Part shown: positions 44,011-53,431 of the stretch, piece after piece
Numbering within the stretch: the stretch's first letter is position 1
How the letters are laid out: the number at the start of each line of letters is the position of its first letter
Source: Minisyncoccota bacterium
GTDB taxonomy: Bacteria > Patescibacteriota > Minisyncoccia > Phycocordibacterales > DATDWN01
DNA length: 64,000 bases
Direction of reading: 5' to 3'
NCBI GenBank assembly: GCA_041658985.1
Contig: JBAZZC010000004.1
Location: forward strand, 20,221-84,220
The notes under the pieces: generated by a model
What the model was told of the DNA's origin: nothing
What the model saw: only the letters and a program-made list of their open reading frames with translations
The model's database searches: none
Translations under genes and position numbers: made by a program

Positions 44011-44270
44011 TTGACATATTTTGGTAGTATGATAACTTACTTATTAGACGACGAAGCTCGAGAGGGGTTGAAGTGGTATAACCCATAGACCCATCTCTGG
44101 CCTTTGCGAGGGGCTCACGCCATGACGACGCCGGACTAAAAAGGCGCACCACGGCGGGTGGACCATCCAAACAAATGAATCTCGGTTTATTCCGAGCTTC
44201 AGCACACTGAGTTGGATGGCCACCCCCCAAGCCAAGCACCGAGGTCCACCTGCGGACCGAGGTGTTTTTT
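44011..44270 (+). ncRNA. GC-rich putative structured RNA 2 (~225 nt), identity unknown, immediately upstream of dnaX
   Basis: TTGACA -35 box at 44011. GC-rich body. Terminal hairpin GGTCC-acctgc-GGACC region + TTTTTT at 44240-44270. Confidence 0.4.
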
Positions 44271-44312
44271 CGTATACAAAAAGAAAACGAAATAAGTTAT
44301 ACTGTTATAACT

Positions 44313-45383
44313 ATGAGCGAGACACTATATAGAAAATACCGTCCCCACAAATTCTCCGACGTAATCGGGCAAGACCATATCGTTAAAGTTCTAGAAGCAG
44401 AGGTGAAATCTGGCGACATTTCTCACGCCTATCTTTTTGCAGGAACTCGCGGGACGGGGAAAACTTCTGTGGCAAGAATTTTTGCATCTGGCATTGGCAC
44501 ATCCGCAAATGATATTTATGAAATTGATGCCGCATCAAATACAAGTGTAGATGATGTTCGGGCATTGAACGAATCAGTTTTTACTCTACCTTTTGAATCA
44601 AAATATAAAGTTTACATTTTGGACGAAGTCCACATGCTCTCCAAGTCTGCTTCAAACGCCCTGCTCAAGACTTTGGAAGAACCACCGGCACATGTTGTTT
44701 TTATTCTTGCCACAACAGAGACACACAAGATACCACAGACTGTTTTGTCTCGCTGTGAAGTCTACACATTTAAAAAACCAAGTCAGGAGGTCTTGAAAAA
44801 AATGTCTCAAACTGTGGCAAAGAAGGAAGGATTTGTGCTAGACGACTCATCGGCAGAACTAGTTGCAATTTTGGGTGACGGCTCCTTCCGTGATACACAA
44901 GGGATTGTCCAAAAAGTGCTTGCGTATTCAAAAGACCCCAGTACTAGAGCAGAGCTCAGTACGGGGCACAGCAAGAAAATTTCTGAAGACGAGGTTCGTC
45001 TCGTTACGGGTGCGCCATCGGTGGAGCTTGTTCATGGTGTTGTTTCAGCCATGGCTGAAAAGGATTTGACCAAAGGTCTGGAAAATGTAAAAAAGGCAGT
45101 TGAACAAAATATAGACATGTCTGTCTTTCTGAAATTAATCTTGCACACAGTCAGAGCGGTCTTGCTTGTTAGATTCGGGGCAGGGCATTTGGTCAAAGAC
45201 GAACTATCAGAAAAAGAATTTGCTTTTGTAAGTGATTTTGCTCTAAATCCCGAAGTTGGTGAAGTCTTCTCATCCCAGACACTCATTGAACTTCTGACTG
45301 CCTACGAGAAAACAACTGGGGCGTATATACCGCAGTTACCACTTGAATTGGCTCTAGTAAAGCTTATTGGTGAAAACAAATAA
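44313..45383 (+). CDS. dnaX: DNA polymerase III subunit gamma/tau (short form)
   Basis: YRKYRPHKFSDVIGQDHIVKVLEAEV, Walker A AGTRGTGKTS, SRC sensor motif SRCEVYTF. Start taken at the Met of MSETLYRKY; the ORF track starts at 44262 inside the RNA-2 terminator. Confidence 0.85.
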   Translation: MSETLYRKYRPHKFSDVIGQDHIVKVLEAEVKSGDISHAYLFAGTRGTGKTSVARIFASGIGTSANDIYEIDAASNTSVDDVRALNESVFTLPFESKYKVYILDEVHMLSKSASNALLKTLEEPPAHVVFILATTETHKIPQTVLSRCEVYTFKKPSQEVLKKMSQTVAKKEGFVLDDSSAELVAILGDGSFRDTQGIVQKVLAYSKDPSTRAELSTGHSKKISEDEVRLVTGAPSVELVHGVVSAMAEKDLTKGLENVKKAVEQNIDMSVFLKLILHTVRAVLLVRFGAGHLVKDELSEKEFAFVSDFALNPEVGEVFSSQTLIELLTAYEKTTGAYIPQLPLELALVKLIGENK

Positions 45384-45389
45384 AACAAA

Positions 45390-45827
45390 ATGTTCTTTGT
45401 TAAAGATTTTACAAGAAATTCTTGGGTGGTAAAAGTCTGGAAAGAAGGGAGGCATTTTGATTTATGGCACGTTAACCATTTTCTGGCCGGTATTTTATTG
45501 GGTTGTTTGGTTATATTTTTAAAATTAGAATTCTGGATAGGTTTTGTTGCGTCAGTTGTTTTGATGTTGGCCTGGGAGGTGTTTGAGCTTGTCACAGAAA
45601 TAGAGGAAACGAGGTTTAATATGGTCTTTGATGTTGTTTTCAGTGTTTTTTCTTATTTCTTGACTCTTTTCTTGGCAAAAAATTATTTATCATCATTAAG
45701 TCTTCTCGTCTTGTTTTACGTGTCACTCATTATGTTTGCTATTCTTGAACTCTGGGGTTATTGGGCTTATAAAAATAGAGGTTTAAATAGAATAAAAAAT
45801 AAAAGAGAAACTGTTAGTAGGGAATAA
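45390..45827 (+). CDS. hypothetical 4-TM membrane protein
   Basis: Hydrophobic segments only. Confidence 0.35.
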   Translation: MFFVKDFTRNSWVVKVWKEGRHFDLWHVNHFLAGILLGCLVIFLKLEFWIGFVASVVLMLAWEVFELVTEIEETRFNMVFDVVFSVFSYFLTLFLAKNYLSSLSLLVLFYVSLIMFAILELWGYWAYKNRGLNRIKNKRETVSRE

Positions 45828-45884
45828 CCAAAGTTGTCCACATCATGTCGAACATAGGTTATGATATAATTATCTATATAATCT

Positions 45885-46574
45885 ATGTTCTCAAACAATA
45901 TTAAAAAAGAAAAGGCCGTTACTCTCCGAAAAGAAGGTAAGTCGTACTCGGAGATTTTAAAAGAAGTCTCTGTCGCAAAGTCTACACTTTCAGAATGGTT
46001 ACATAGTGTAGGTTTATCTAAAAAGCAATTTCAAAGATTAACTGCCAAGAAATTGGAAGCGTCCAAACGTGGTGGTTTGGTAAAACATCAACAGAGACTA
46101 CAAAGAGTACAAAAAATACATGAGGTGGCGTTAAAAGATATAACAAATATTTCAAAACGCGAGTTATGGCTTATTGGAATAGCGTTGTACTGGGCAGAAG
46201 GAACAAAAGAAAAGGATTCACACCCGGGACCAGGTATTAGTTTCAACAATTCTGACCCCAGAATGATTAAAGTATTTATTAAATGGTTAGTAGAATCATG
46301 TCGAGTTAATAAAGACAGAATTGGTTGTGAGATATATATTCATGAAAATAGTAAAAACGGTGTTGATGAAGTAAGAAAATACTGGTCTAAAATAACAGGT
46401 TTTCATGTAAAAAAATTTAACAAAGTCTATTTTAAAACAAATAAGTTAAAAACTAACAGAAAAAATATTGGGAGCTTGTATTATGGGCTATTACGGGTTA
46501 AAGTAAGTGCTAGTTCTAGTTTACTTCGGCAAATAGCTGGGTGGACAGAAGCAATAGTTAGAGGTATTAAATGA
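45885..46574 (+). CDS. HTH + degenerate LAGLIDADG-like endonuclease-domain protein (putative), ending 6 nt before tRNA-Gln
   Basis: N-terminal HTH (GKSYSEILKEVSVAKSTLSEWL). WLIGIALYWAEGTK resembles a single LAGLIDADG motif. Low confidence. Confidence 0.3.
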   Translation: MFSNNIKKEKAVTLRKEGKSYSEILKEVSVAKSTLSEWLHSVGLSKKQFQRLTAKKLEASKRGGLVKHQQRLQRVQKIHEVALKDITNISKRELWLIGIALYWAEGTKEKDSHPGPGISFNNSDPRMIKVFIKWLVESCRVNKDRIGCEIYIHENSKNGVDEVRKYWSKITGFHVKKFNKVYFKTNKLKTNRKNIGSLYYGLLRVKVSASSSLLRQIAGWTEAIVRGIK

Positions 46575-46580
46575 AATATT

Positions 46581-46654
46581 TGGGGGATCGTCTAATGGTA
46601 GGACATTTGGTTTTGGTCCAAAGAATCGGGGTTCGAGCCCCTGTCCCCCAGCCA
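46581..46654 (+). tRNA. tRNA-Gln(TTG)
   Basis: Acceptor TGGGGGA/TCCCCCA, anticodon stem TTTGG with loop TTTTGGT, T-loop GGTTCGAGCCC, encoded CCA. Confidence 0.75.
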
Positions 46655-46742
46655 ACTCGTGCGTCGCTCGAGTCGCGTCAGTGCTACTAAACCAATAGTT
46701 TGCATAGAGCGATATTTTAGCAACGGCGATATAATTAACAAT

Positions 46743-47027
46743 ATGAAAAATATAATAGGTATTGTAGTTGTGGTGGCTCTTATTTTTGGAGTTTATATTT
46801 TCTTGAAAGGAGATGAATATATTGGGTTTTATTATCCGGATGCAAATAACTTAACAAATGATATACAAAGTAATACCGTTTTTAATTCTTTAGAATCTTG
46901 TCGTGACTGGGTGGGTGAACAAATGTCTAAATACAATCCAAATGGTTCTGGATATGATTACGAATGTGGGAAGAATTGTGACACATCTGGTGGAAAACCT
47001 TATATTTGCGAGGAAACATTAGAGTAG
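46743..47027 (+). CDS. small membrane-anchored Cys-containing hypothetical protein
   Basis: MKNIIGIVVVVALIFGVYIF signal-anchor. The ORF-track start 46659 runs through upstream debris. Confidence 0.3.
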   Translation: MKNIIGIVVVVALIFGVYIFLKGDEYIGFYYPDANNLTNDIQSNTVFNSLESCRDWVGEQMSKYNPNGSGYDYECGKNCDTSGGKPYICEETLE

Positions 47028-47046
47028 AATATTTTTACAGACCAAA

Positions 47047-47736
47047 ATGGGAACTACAACTTCACCAATATTAACTTCTATAACAATTAGTGATTGGGTA
47101 CTAATATTTACAACAATATTACTTGCCTCGGTTGCTTTTATTGCTCCATATGTTATAGAGAGATGGAAGTATACATTTTACTCGGCTAAATTAAGGTTTA
47201 GATTTAATCATTTTCCGCCAGATTGCCACAAGACAGAGATGAGGGGAACTGGTATAAGTTATCCTGTTTATTATTTCAGATTTAGAATAGAAAATATTGG
47301 AAAAATTCAAGCAGAACAATGTGAGGCTGTTTTAGAAAGAATTTGGAAAGAAAATAGTGCTGGTGATTTAAAAGAATGGGCTGGATTTTCCCCAGTATCG
47401 TTAAAGTGGAGTGGTACTGCTGATAGTAAATATTTCACGGTTCAACCTGGGAGAGAATTTTTCTGTGACATTGGTCATATTTCTCAACCATCTCATGAGC
47501 CGGAATCGATATATTATGCGATTAAGGAAGAACAAAAACAACAAAACAAATTCTTTTTTGAGTTGCCGACAAGACATTACTCTCAATGGGATTGTTTAAT
47601 TCCAGGGAAGTATCAAGTGCAAATATCAATGTATAGTAAAAATGCTAAAAAGGTCAGTAAAAAGTTTGGAATAGTATGGTCTGGAGTGTGGAAAAACGAA
47701 GAACTAGAAATGCTTAATGAATTAGTAATTTCTTAA
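47047..47736 (+). CDS. hypothetical membrane-anchored protein
   Basis: N-terminal TM. No family recognised. Confidence 0.3.
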   Translation: MGTTTSPILTSITISDWVLIFTTILLASVAFIAPYVIERWKYTFYSAKLRFRFNHFPPDCHKTEMRGTGISYPVYYFRFRIENIGKIQAEQCEAVLERIWKENSAGDLKEWAGFSPVSLKWSGTADSKYFTVQPGREFFCDIGHISQPSHEPESIYYAIKEEQKQQNKFFFELPTRHYSQWDCLIPGKYQVQISMYSKNAKKVSKKFGIVWSGVWKNEELEMLNELVIS

Positions 47737-47856
47737 GTGCTCGAGTGCCGTCGGACATACTTTCCAAAAAGTGTTAAAATGACCTTATAGAGCAATGCCA
47801 ACCACGGTTCTAACTCGAGTCGGGCAGCTTAATAATTGATGATTTAGTAAATAATA

Positions 47857-48417
47857 ATGACTAATTACTCAAATAGGTTAGTTCAAAAGGTCCAAAGTGC
47901 TTTAACTAAGAGTATTAGTGAAGGGTCTGTTTTGTATACCCTTGTCATGCTAAGTAAGGCAATTCAAGATTCCTGCGATGATCATACTATTAAATTTCCA
48001 GTCATTTATTTCTATCGAGATTGGATTGTTCATACAAGTCTTGATTATAATAAACAATTAAAAAAATTTTTTGAAAAGTGGGACAATATAATTGAGGGCA
48101 TAAAAAATGGTGGTGATAAACAAAATTTCACTGGGGCCAGTTTAAACTCTCTTGAGATTTCAAAACTATTTACTGAGATGGAAACTTTAGGAATCACCAT
48201 TGGCTTTGAACAAAAAGGGGAATTTGTGATTGCTTTAGTTAATAATCTTATTGATGCGCCACTTCGTTGGAAGGGGAAACATATTAAAGAGTTTAGGTTT
48301 ACTTATGATGTAGAAAGGAAGAAATCTTCCTCGTCCTACATTTGTCACATGCAAATACAACACATAACCAATCTATGGTTCAATGGACCAGAGTTACATT
48401 TTTTGACTTCTCAATAG
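47857..48417 (+). CDS. hypothetical protein
   Basis: No family recognised. Confidence 0.3.
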   Translation: MTNYSNRLVQKVQSALTKSISEGSVLYTLVMLSKAIQDSCDDHTIKFPVIYFYRDWIVHTSLDYNKQLKKFFEKWDNIIEGIKNGGDKQNFTGASLNSLEISKLFTEMETLGITIGFEQKGEFVIALVNNLIDAPLRWKGKHIKEFRFTYDVERKKSSSSYICHMQIQHITNLWFNGPELHFLTSQ

Positions 48418-48481
48418 TGCTTGTTCCAAGGTCATACCAGACGGCCAGCAAATTTAATTTTAGATTTGATATAATAAAGTT

Positions 48482-48853
48482 ATGACCATTGAATGGAATA
48501 AAGTAACAAGACTTTCGCAGATTGTGGCAATTATACTTTTTGTTGCGGTATTTTTCTGTGGATTTTTAATCGGGAGAAAATTTGAAAATAAATCTGTTTT
48601 AGGGGAAGCAATAAATAACGTAAAGTTTGCTTGTGTAGACGACAAAACGATATCTGCCAGCTTTTATAAAAATTTCGTGCACATTAAAACAGACGAACTA
48701 GGTTCGGTTTATCTACCGCAGACAATTTCTGCTTCAGGCGCTCGGTATGCAAATTCCAACGAGTCTATAGTTTTTTGGAATAAAGCTGATACAGCCTTCA
48801 TTACCGAGGGTGACCCCAATACTCCTACCTACGAGGATTGTGTGATTATTTAA
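48482..48853 (+). CDS. MliC-like (membrane-bound lysozyme inhibitor of C-type lysozyme) domain protein
   Basis: N-terminal TM, paired Cys (FACVDD ... EDCVII) and the family-typical SASGARY motif. Confidence 0.5.
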   Translation: MTIEWNKVTRLSQIVAIILFVAVFFCGFLIGRKFENKSVLGEAINNVKFACVDDKTISASFYKNFVHIKTDELGSVYLPQTISASGARYANSNESIVFWNKADTAFITEGDPNTPTYEDCVII

Positions 48854-49779
48854 TAAAAATGAATACAGTAGTAGTAACTAGTTATACGGAACCAGACCTT
48901 GATGGCTACTCATGTGCAGTGGCCTATACAGAATTTTTAAATAAAACTGGTACTCCAGCAGTTATGCGAATATTTGGAGAACCCCATATTGAAGCAACTT
49001 ATTTGGTTAAAAAATTTGGATTGAAAATAGAAGAAGACAAAACAGCTGATTTGGAAAAAATAATTCTAGTAGATGCCAGTGAATTACGTGACCTAGATAA
49101 ATTTGTTCGGCCTGAAAATGTTATTGAGGTTATAGACCACAGGAAAGTAAACGATGCCGAGCTTTTCACAAACGCAAAGATTCAAATTGAATTTGTTGGT
49201 TCTGCTGCTACGCTAATTGCAGAGAAGTTTTATAAACAAAACATTAATATTTCGGTTTCTTCCGCCACATTACTTTATGGAGCGATTGTGTCAAACACCC
49301 TTAACTTTCGAGCAAAAGTCACGACTGACCGTGATAGACAAATGGCAGAATGGCTCAACCAAAAACTAGGACTCACCCAGGAATTTATTGATGATATGTT
49401 CCGTGCAAAATCAGATGTCTCTGGAGAAAAATTAGCCCAAAGAATTGAGGCTGATTTTGCTTGGTTTAAATTCGGAAAACATAAGATTGGCTGTGCTCAA
49501 CTAGAGATAATAGACGTGAAGTCGTTGGTTAATAGTCGTAAAGCAAAGATTCTTCAGATACTAGAGGACCTCAAGGCAAAAGATGGATTAGATATGATAT
49601 TTATGTCATTTATAGACCTCGGCGAAGGATTTAACGCTTTCATTACGGGAGACCTAGAAATGCAGCGAGTTTTAAGTGAAATTTTAAATATTCAATTTAA
49701 AGATGATTTGGCATTCAGACCAAGCCTTATTATGCGAAAAGAAATAGCCCCATTACTAAAAGAAAAATTACAACAATAA
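48838..49779 (+). CDS. DHH-family phosphoesterase, family-II (Mn-dependent) inorganic pyrophosphatase-like
   Basis: N-terminal VVVTSYTEPDLDGYSCAVAY, DHH-like VIEVIDHRKV, ~310 aa as in PpaC. Confidence 0.6.
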   Translation: MCDYLIKMNTVVVTSYTEPDLDGYSCAVAYTEFLNKTGTPAVMRIFGEPHIEATYLVKKFGLKIEEDKTADLEKIILVDASELRDLDKFVRPENVIEVIDHRKVNDAELFTNAKIQIEFVGSAATLIAEKFYKQNINISVSSATLLYGAIVSNTLNFRAKVTTDRDRQMAEWLNQKLGLTQEFIDDMFRAKSDVSGEKLAQRIEADFAWFKFGKHKIGCAQLEIIDVKSLVNSRKAKILQILEDLKAKDGLDMIFMSFIDLGEGFNAFITGDLEMQRVLSEILNIQFKDDLAFRPSLIMRKEIAPLLKEKLQQ

Positions 49780-50023
49780 ATGATTATTCGGAATTTTAAA
49801 AAAGAGGACAGGGAAGGGGTAAAAACATGAAAAAATTAAATTTTACAAATCTTGCAGTTTTTGTTCTCTTTTTTGGTATAGCTCTTATTGAGGCCATCCA
49901 AAAAAGCAACTGGCTAGAAGCTTCACTTTTTGCTGCTCTCGGAGTTTTATCTCTCTGGGTTGATTTTCAAAAGAAGTAGAGAGTCCATACAAGTTCGTGA
50001 TTTTTTGCTATAATTAAGAACAA

Positions 50024-50590
50024 ATGCAAAAAGATGACGAACAACTTATTTCAGCCTACCTAGAAGGAGACGACCATGCTCTCACCGTACTTGTCGACCG
50101 CTATCTCAAAGATGCATATAATTTTGCTCTTAAACTCACAAATGATAAGCATATCGCTGAAGATATTACCCAAGAGTCTTTTATGAAAGCTTGGAAGAAT
50201 ATACGAAAGTTTATTTCCGGCAACAGTTTTCGTGGCTGGCTTTTCCGTATCATTTACAATACATCAATTGATTACCTTAGAAAAACAAAAGAGTTGCCAT
50301 TTTCTAATTTTGAAAACTCTGAAGGTCACAATCTATTAGTAGAGACTCTCACTGACAAGGAACCTCTTCAAGATGAACTCTTGGCACAGGCAGAAAATGT
50401 AAGATATCTAGAAAATTTTTTAAGTCAACTTAATCCTCGATATCGCGAGGTATTAACACTCCGACATACGAGCAATATGACTTTTGATGAAATAGGAAAA
50501 GTACTTAAAAAACCGATTCATACGGTAAAAAGTCAATATCGCAGAGGTCTGGCTTCTTTACGACGATTGCTAGATATTCAGACGGCATAA
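50024..50590 (+). CDS. ECF-type sigma-70 family RNA polymerase sigma factor
   Basis: Region 2 (ITQESFMKAWKNIRKF...) and region 4 HTH (LTLRHTSNMTFDEIGKVLKKPIHTVKSQYRRGL). Confidence 0.85.
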   Translation: MQKDDEQLISAYLEGDDHALTVLVDRYLKDAYNFALKLTNDKHIAEDITQESFMKAWKNIRKFISGNSFRGWLFRIIYNTSIDYLRKTKELPFSNFENSEGHNLLVETLTDKEPLQDELLAQAENVRYLENFLSQLNPRYREVLTLRHTSNMTFDEIGKVLKKPIHTVKSQYRRGLASLRRLLDIQTA

Positions 50591-50608
50591 TTAAAACATT
50601 ACGAAAGC

Positions 50609-50640
50609 AATAGGGTGCACCAAAATGCACCCTATTTTCG
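50609..50640 (+). terminator. rho-independent terminator after the sigma factor gene
   Basis: AATAGGGTGCA ccaaaa TGCACCCTATT + TTCG/T-rich. Confidence 0.6.
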
Positions 50641-51028
50641 TATATATGTTATGGATAAACTGAGACCATCAAGAGAACTTAGAGAAAAAATACTTTTTTC
50701 AATTAAAAAAGAGGAAGTTTATCGTGCAAAAATGTATTTTTTTATGTCTATTACCATAGGACTTGCTTCTATTTTTGGTTTGTTTTTCTCGGTCAGATAT
50801 ATGGTTCAGGAATTTTACCAGTCTAGTTTTGGAAGTTTTATATCTATCATTTTCTCTGACCCTAATATGGCAATTTACTACTGGAAGGAATTATCCCTGT
50901 CTCTATTAGAAACATTACCAATATTGGGAATAACGGTCTCATTAATAGCAATGTATACTCTTCTGGTTTCTGTCCGAACATTAGTAAAAAACATAAGAGG
51001 AGGGTTAATTTTGTCTTTTAACAATTAA
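50615..51028 (+). CDS. putative membrane anti-sigma factor (by position)
   Basis: Small protein with TM segments directly after the ECF sigma gene. Inference from gene order. Confidence 0.35.
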   Translation: MHQNAPYFRIYVMDKLRPSRELREKILFSIKKEEVYRAKMYFFMSITIGLASIFGLFFSVRYMVQEFYQSSFGSFISIIFSDPNMAIYYWKELSLSLLETLPILGITVSLIAMYTLLVSVRTLVKNIRGGLILSFNN

Positions 51029-51033
51029 ATAAT

Positions 51034-51164
51034 ATGAATCCCGTTAGAAATCACCAGGTTTGTTTATGAGAATAATGAATTATCATGAAATACTTAATTA
51101 TTAACAAATATTATTAAATAACTACGGAAAGGCTTTAGCAAAAAGCTTTCCTATTTCTAACGGG
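51034..51164 (+). promoter_or_regulatory. conserved stem-forming 5' leader, copy 1 (arms ATGAATCCCGTTAGAAAT / ATTTCTAACGGG abutting the start codon)
   Basis: The 12-nt arms are perfectly complementary. The same arms occur at 55408-55514. A third copy at 58048-58153 carries a compensatory change. Confidence 0.55.
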
Positions 51165-51635
51165 ATGAATATAAAAAATTTTATACAATCGAGAGTCTTT
51201 CGGGGTATCCTAATCGGTCTTGTAATAGCAATTGTTGCTCTTGTTATCTTCCAAGCAGGTATTGCTGTGGGATATAGAAAAGCGACGTTTGGTCATCGTT
51301 TGGGTGATAATTTTGAGCGAAATTTTAAAGACCCAAGAGGGGGAAATTTTGGCTTTAGGGGTGTTCCAGGAGGAATGGATATGCCGAGCGGTTATGGGGC
51401 TACCGGAAAAATAGTAAGTATTGCATTGCCACTTATTGTTGTCGCTGGACCAGATAATCTTGAAAAGACGTTGGTAATAAATGAAGATACTGAAATTCGT
51501 GAATTTCGCAATAGTATAACAAAGGATAAACTCCAGGTCGGGAATTTTATTGTTGTTTTGGGTACTCCGAATGATAAAGGACAAATAGAGGCTAAGCTTA
51601 TTCGTTTGGCTCCGATGCCAAAAAATGATTTATAG
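51165..51635 (+). CDS. small membrane-anchored Gly-rich protein with C-terminal beta domain (paralog A)
   Basis: N-terminal TM, GGNFGFRGVPGG, C-terminal beta-rich domain. Paralogous architecture to 55515..55952. Confidence 0.45.
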   Translation: MNIKNFIQSRVFRGILIGLVIAIVALVIFQAGIAVGYRKATFGHRLGDNFERNFKDPRGGNFGFRGVPGGMDMPSGYGATGKIVSIALPLIVVAGPDNLEKTLVINEDTEIREFRNSITKDKLQVGNFIVVLGTPNDKGQIEAKLIRLAPMPKNDL

Positions 51636-51652
51636 TCTAATACAAAAACATA

Positions 51653-53419
51653 ATGAAAAATTTTATTTCACACATAAGTTTCAAAAAAGTTTCTGCTTAT
51701 GCAAAATTACACAAAATTATAAGTATTATCATTATCCTCGTAATCGTTGGGGGTGGTTACTTAATTTACAAAACATTTACATCTTCTAGTGCTAGTGTGA
51801 GTTATGTTCTAGGCACAGTAGAGAAAACAACCATTGTTTCTTCTGTGTCTGCAAGCGGTCAAGTTTCGACCGTAAATCAGATTGATATTAAACCAAAAGC
51901 CTCGGGGGATGTTACTTGGGTTGGTGTAAAAGCCGGAGACGCGGTTCGTGCTGGTCAAGCACTGGCATATATTGATGCCACGAATGCCAAACAAACTATT
52001 GCTGATGCGGAAAGCTCGCTTGCAGAAGCAAAATTACAATATCAAAAAGATTCTGCCCAAGCACCGATTGATTATGAAAAATCGCTTGAAGCACTTGATG
52101 ATGCAAAAAAAAGTCTAGACACTACTTACAACGATACATACAATACTGTTTCTAATGCCTATCTTGATTTGCCGGGGGTGGTTACTGGTATGCAAAATAT
52201 TTTATATGGGTATACTCTAAGTGGTCAGGGTCAATGGAATATTGATGTACTTAAGAATACTGGTTCAAACAACTTAAATTCAGGGATACAAACATTTGCA
52301 GATATTGCCGAAAGAGATTATAAAATAGCTCGCACAAAATACGACCAAGCGGTATTGGATTTTAAAGTATTAACTCGCTATTCACCCACTTCCGGCCTCG
52401 AAAAGTTATTGAATTCATCTGTTGATACCACCACAGCTATAGCACAAGCATTGCAGAGTGAATTAAATGTTTTAGACGCAGTAGTTGATGATGCAACAAT
52501 ACGTAACATAATGGTGAACTCATTGATCACGACTATGCGCACAAATGCTCGCAGTTACCTTTCAACAGTTAACAGTAATTTAAGTGCATTACTTAATCAA
52601 CAAAAGTCACTTGATACTACAAAAAAGACTATTCGTGACAGTGAACGTAATATAGAGATATATAAAATTGGTAATGAAAGTGGAAGTAATCCTATAAGTC
52701 TTCAATCAAGTGCGGGGTCAATAGCAAATCAAGAACGTAATTTGCAAGAGCTCAAAAATAATCTTTCATATTACACAGTCACTGCGCCTTTCGCTGGTAC
52801 AATTGCATCCGTGAATCTTAAAAAGTTTGATACCGTTTCAACTGGAAGTAACGTAGTAACACTTATTACTACTCAAAAGATTGCTCAACTCTCTCTTAAT
52901 GAAGTAGATGCAACAAAAATTAGCCTAGGAGACAAGGCTACACTTACATTTGATGCTATAGAAAATTTTACTCTGACTGGTGAGGTTATTGAAATTGATG
53001 CGGTAGGAACAGTCAGTCAGGGGGTTGTGTCATACAAAGTGAAAATTGGATTTGATAGTCAGGATGAACGTATTAAATCTGGTATGACCGTAAACAGTTC
53101 TATTCAAACTGATGTTAAACAGGATGTCTTAGCGGTTTCATCAAGTAGTATAAAAACACAAAACGGCGTAACTTATGTTCAGGTATTCAATCCAGCATTA
53201 GCAGAGACCGGAGGGACAACGGGGGTGGTTTCTACTATTTCACCAACACAGATTGAGGTAAAAACTGGTATATCTGATGACACAAAAGTGGAAATTTTGG
53301 AAGGATTGAAAGAGGGAGAACAAATTGTGACACGTACTATTTCAGGGACAGCAACAGCAAACACAACGACTTCTGGTAACGCAAGAACCGGACTTGGTGG
53401 AACAGGAATTCGTTTCTAA
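51653..53419 (+). CDS. HlyD/MacA-family periplasmic adaptor (membrane fusion protein)
   Basis: N-terminal TM, biotinyl-lipoyl-like hairpin (VSASGQV...IDIKPKASGDV), long coiled coil, beta-barrel C-terminus. Confidence 0.65.
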   Translation: MKNFISHISFKKVSAYAKLHKIISIIIILVIVGGGYLIYKTFTSSSASVSYVLGTVEKTTIVSSVSASGQVSTVNQIDIKPKASGDVTWVGVKAGDAVRAGQALAYIDATNAKQTIADAESSLAEAKLQYQKDSAQAPIDYEKSLEALDDAKKSLDTTYNDTYNTVSNAYLDLPGVVTGMQNILYGYTLSGQGQWNIDVLKNTGSNNLNSGIQTFADIAERDYKIARTKYDQAVLDFKVLTRYSPTSGLEKLLNSSVDTTTAIAQALQSELNVLDAVVDDATIRNIMVNSLITTMRTNARSYLSTVNSNLSALLNQQKSLDTTKKTIRDSERNIEIYKIGNESGSNPISLQSSAGSIANQERNLQELKNNLSYYTVTAPFAGTIASVNLKKFDTVSTGSNVVTLITTQKIAQLSLNEVDATKISLGDKATLTFDAIENFTLTGEVIEIDAVGTVSQGVVSYKVKIGFDSQDERIKSGMTVNSSIQTDVKQDVLAVSSSSIKTQNGVTYVQVFNPALAETGGTTGVVSTISPTQIEVKTGISDDTKVEILEGLKEGEQIVTRTISGTATANTTTSGNARTGLGGTGIRF

Positions 53420-53431
53420 ATTTTCTATAGC

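Noticed and set aside
43577-44239. Protein-coding ORFs 43577..43903, 43743..43994 (+) and 43916..44239, 44044..44235 (-) inside the GC-rich block
   Set aside because: They are mutually overlapping on both strands and have no SD. The region instead has promoter and terminator architecture, so it is interpreted as ncRNA. I checked for RNase P, SRP and tmRNA signature motifs and could not confirm any, so identity is left open.
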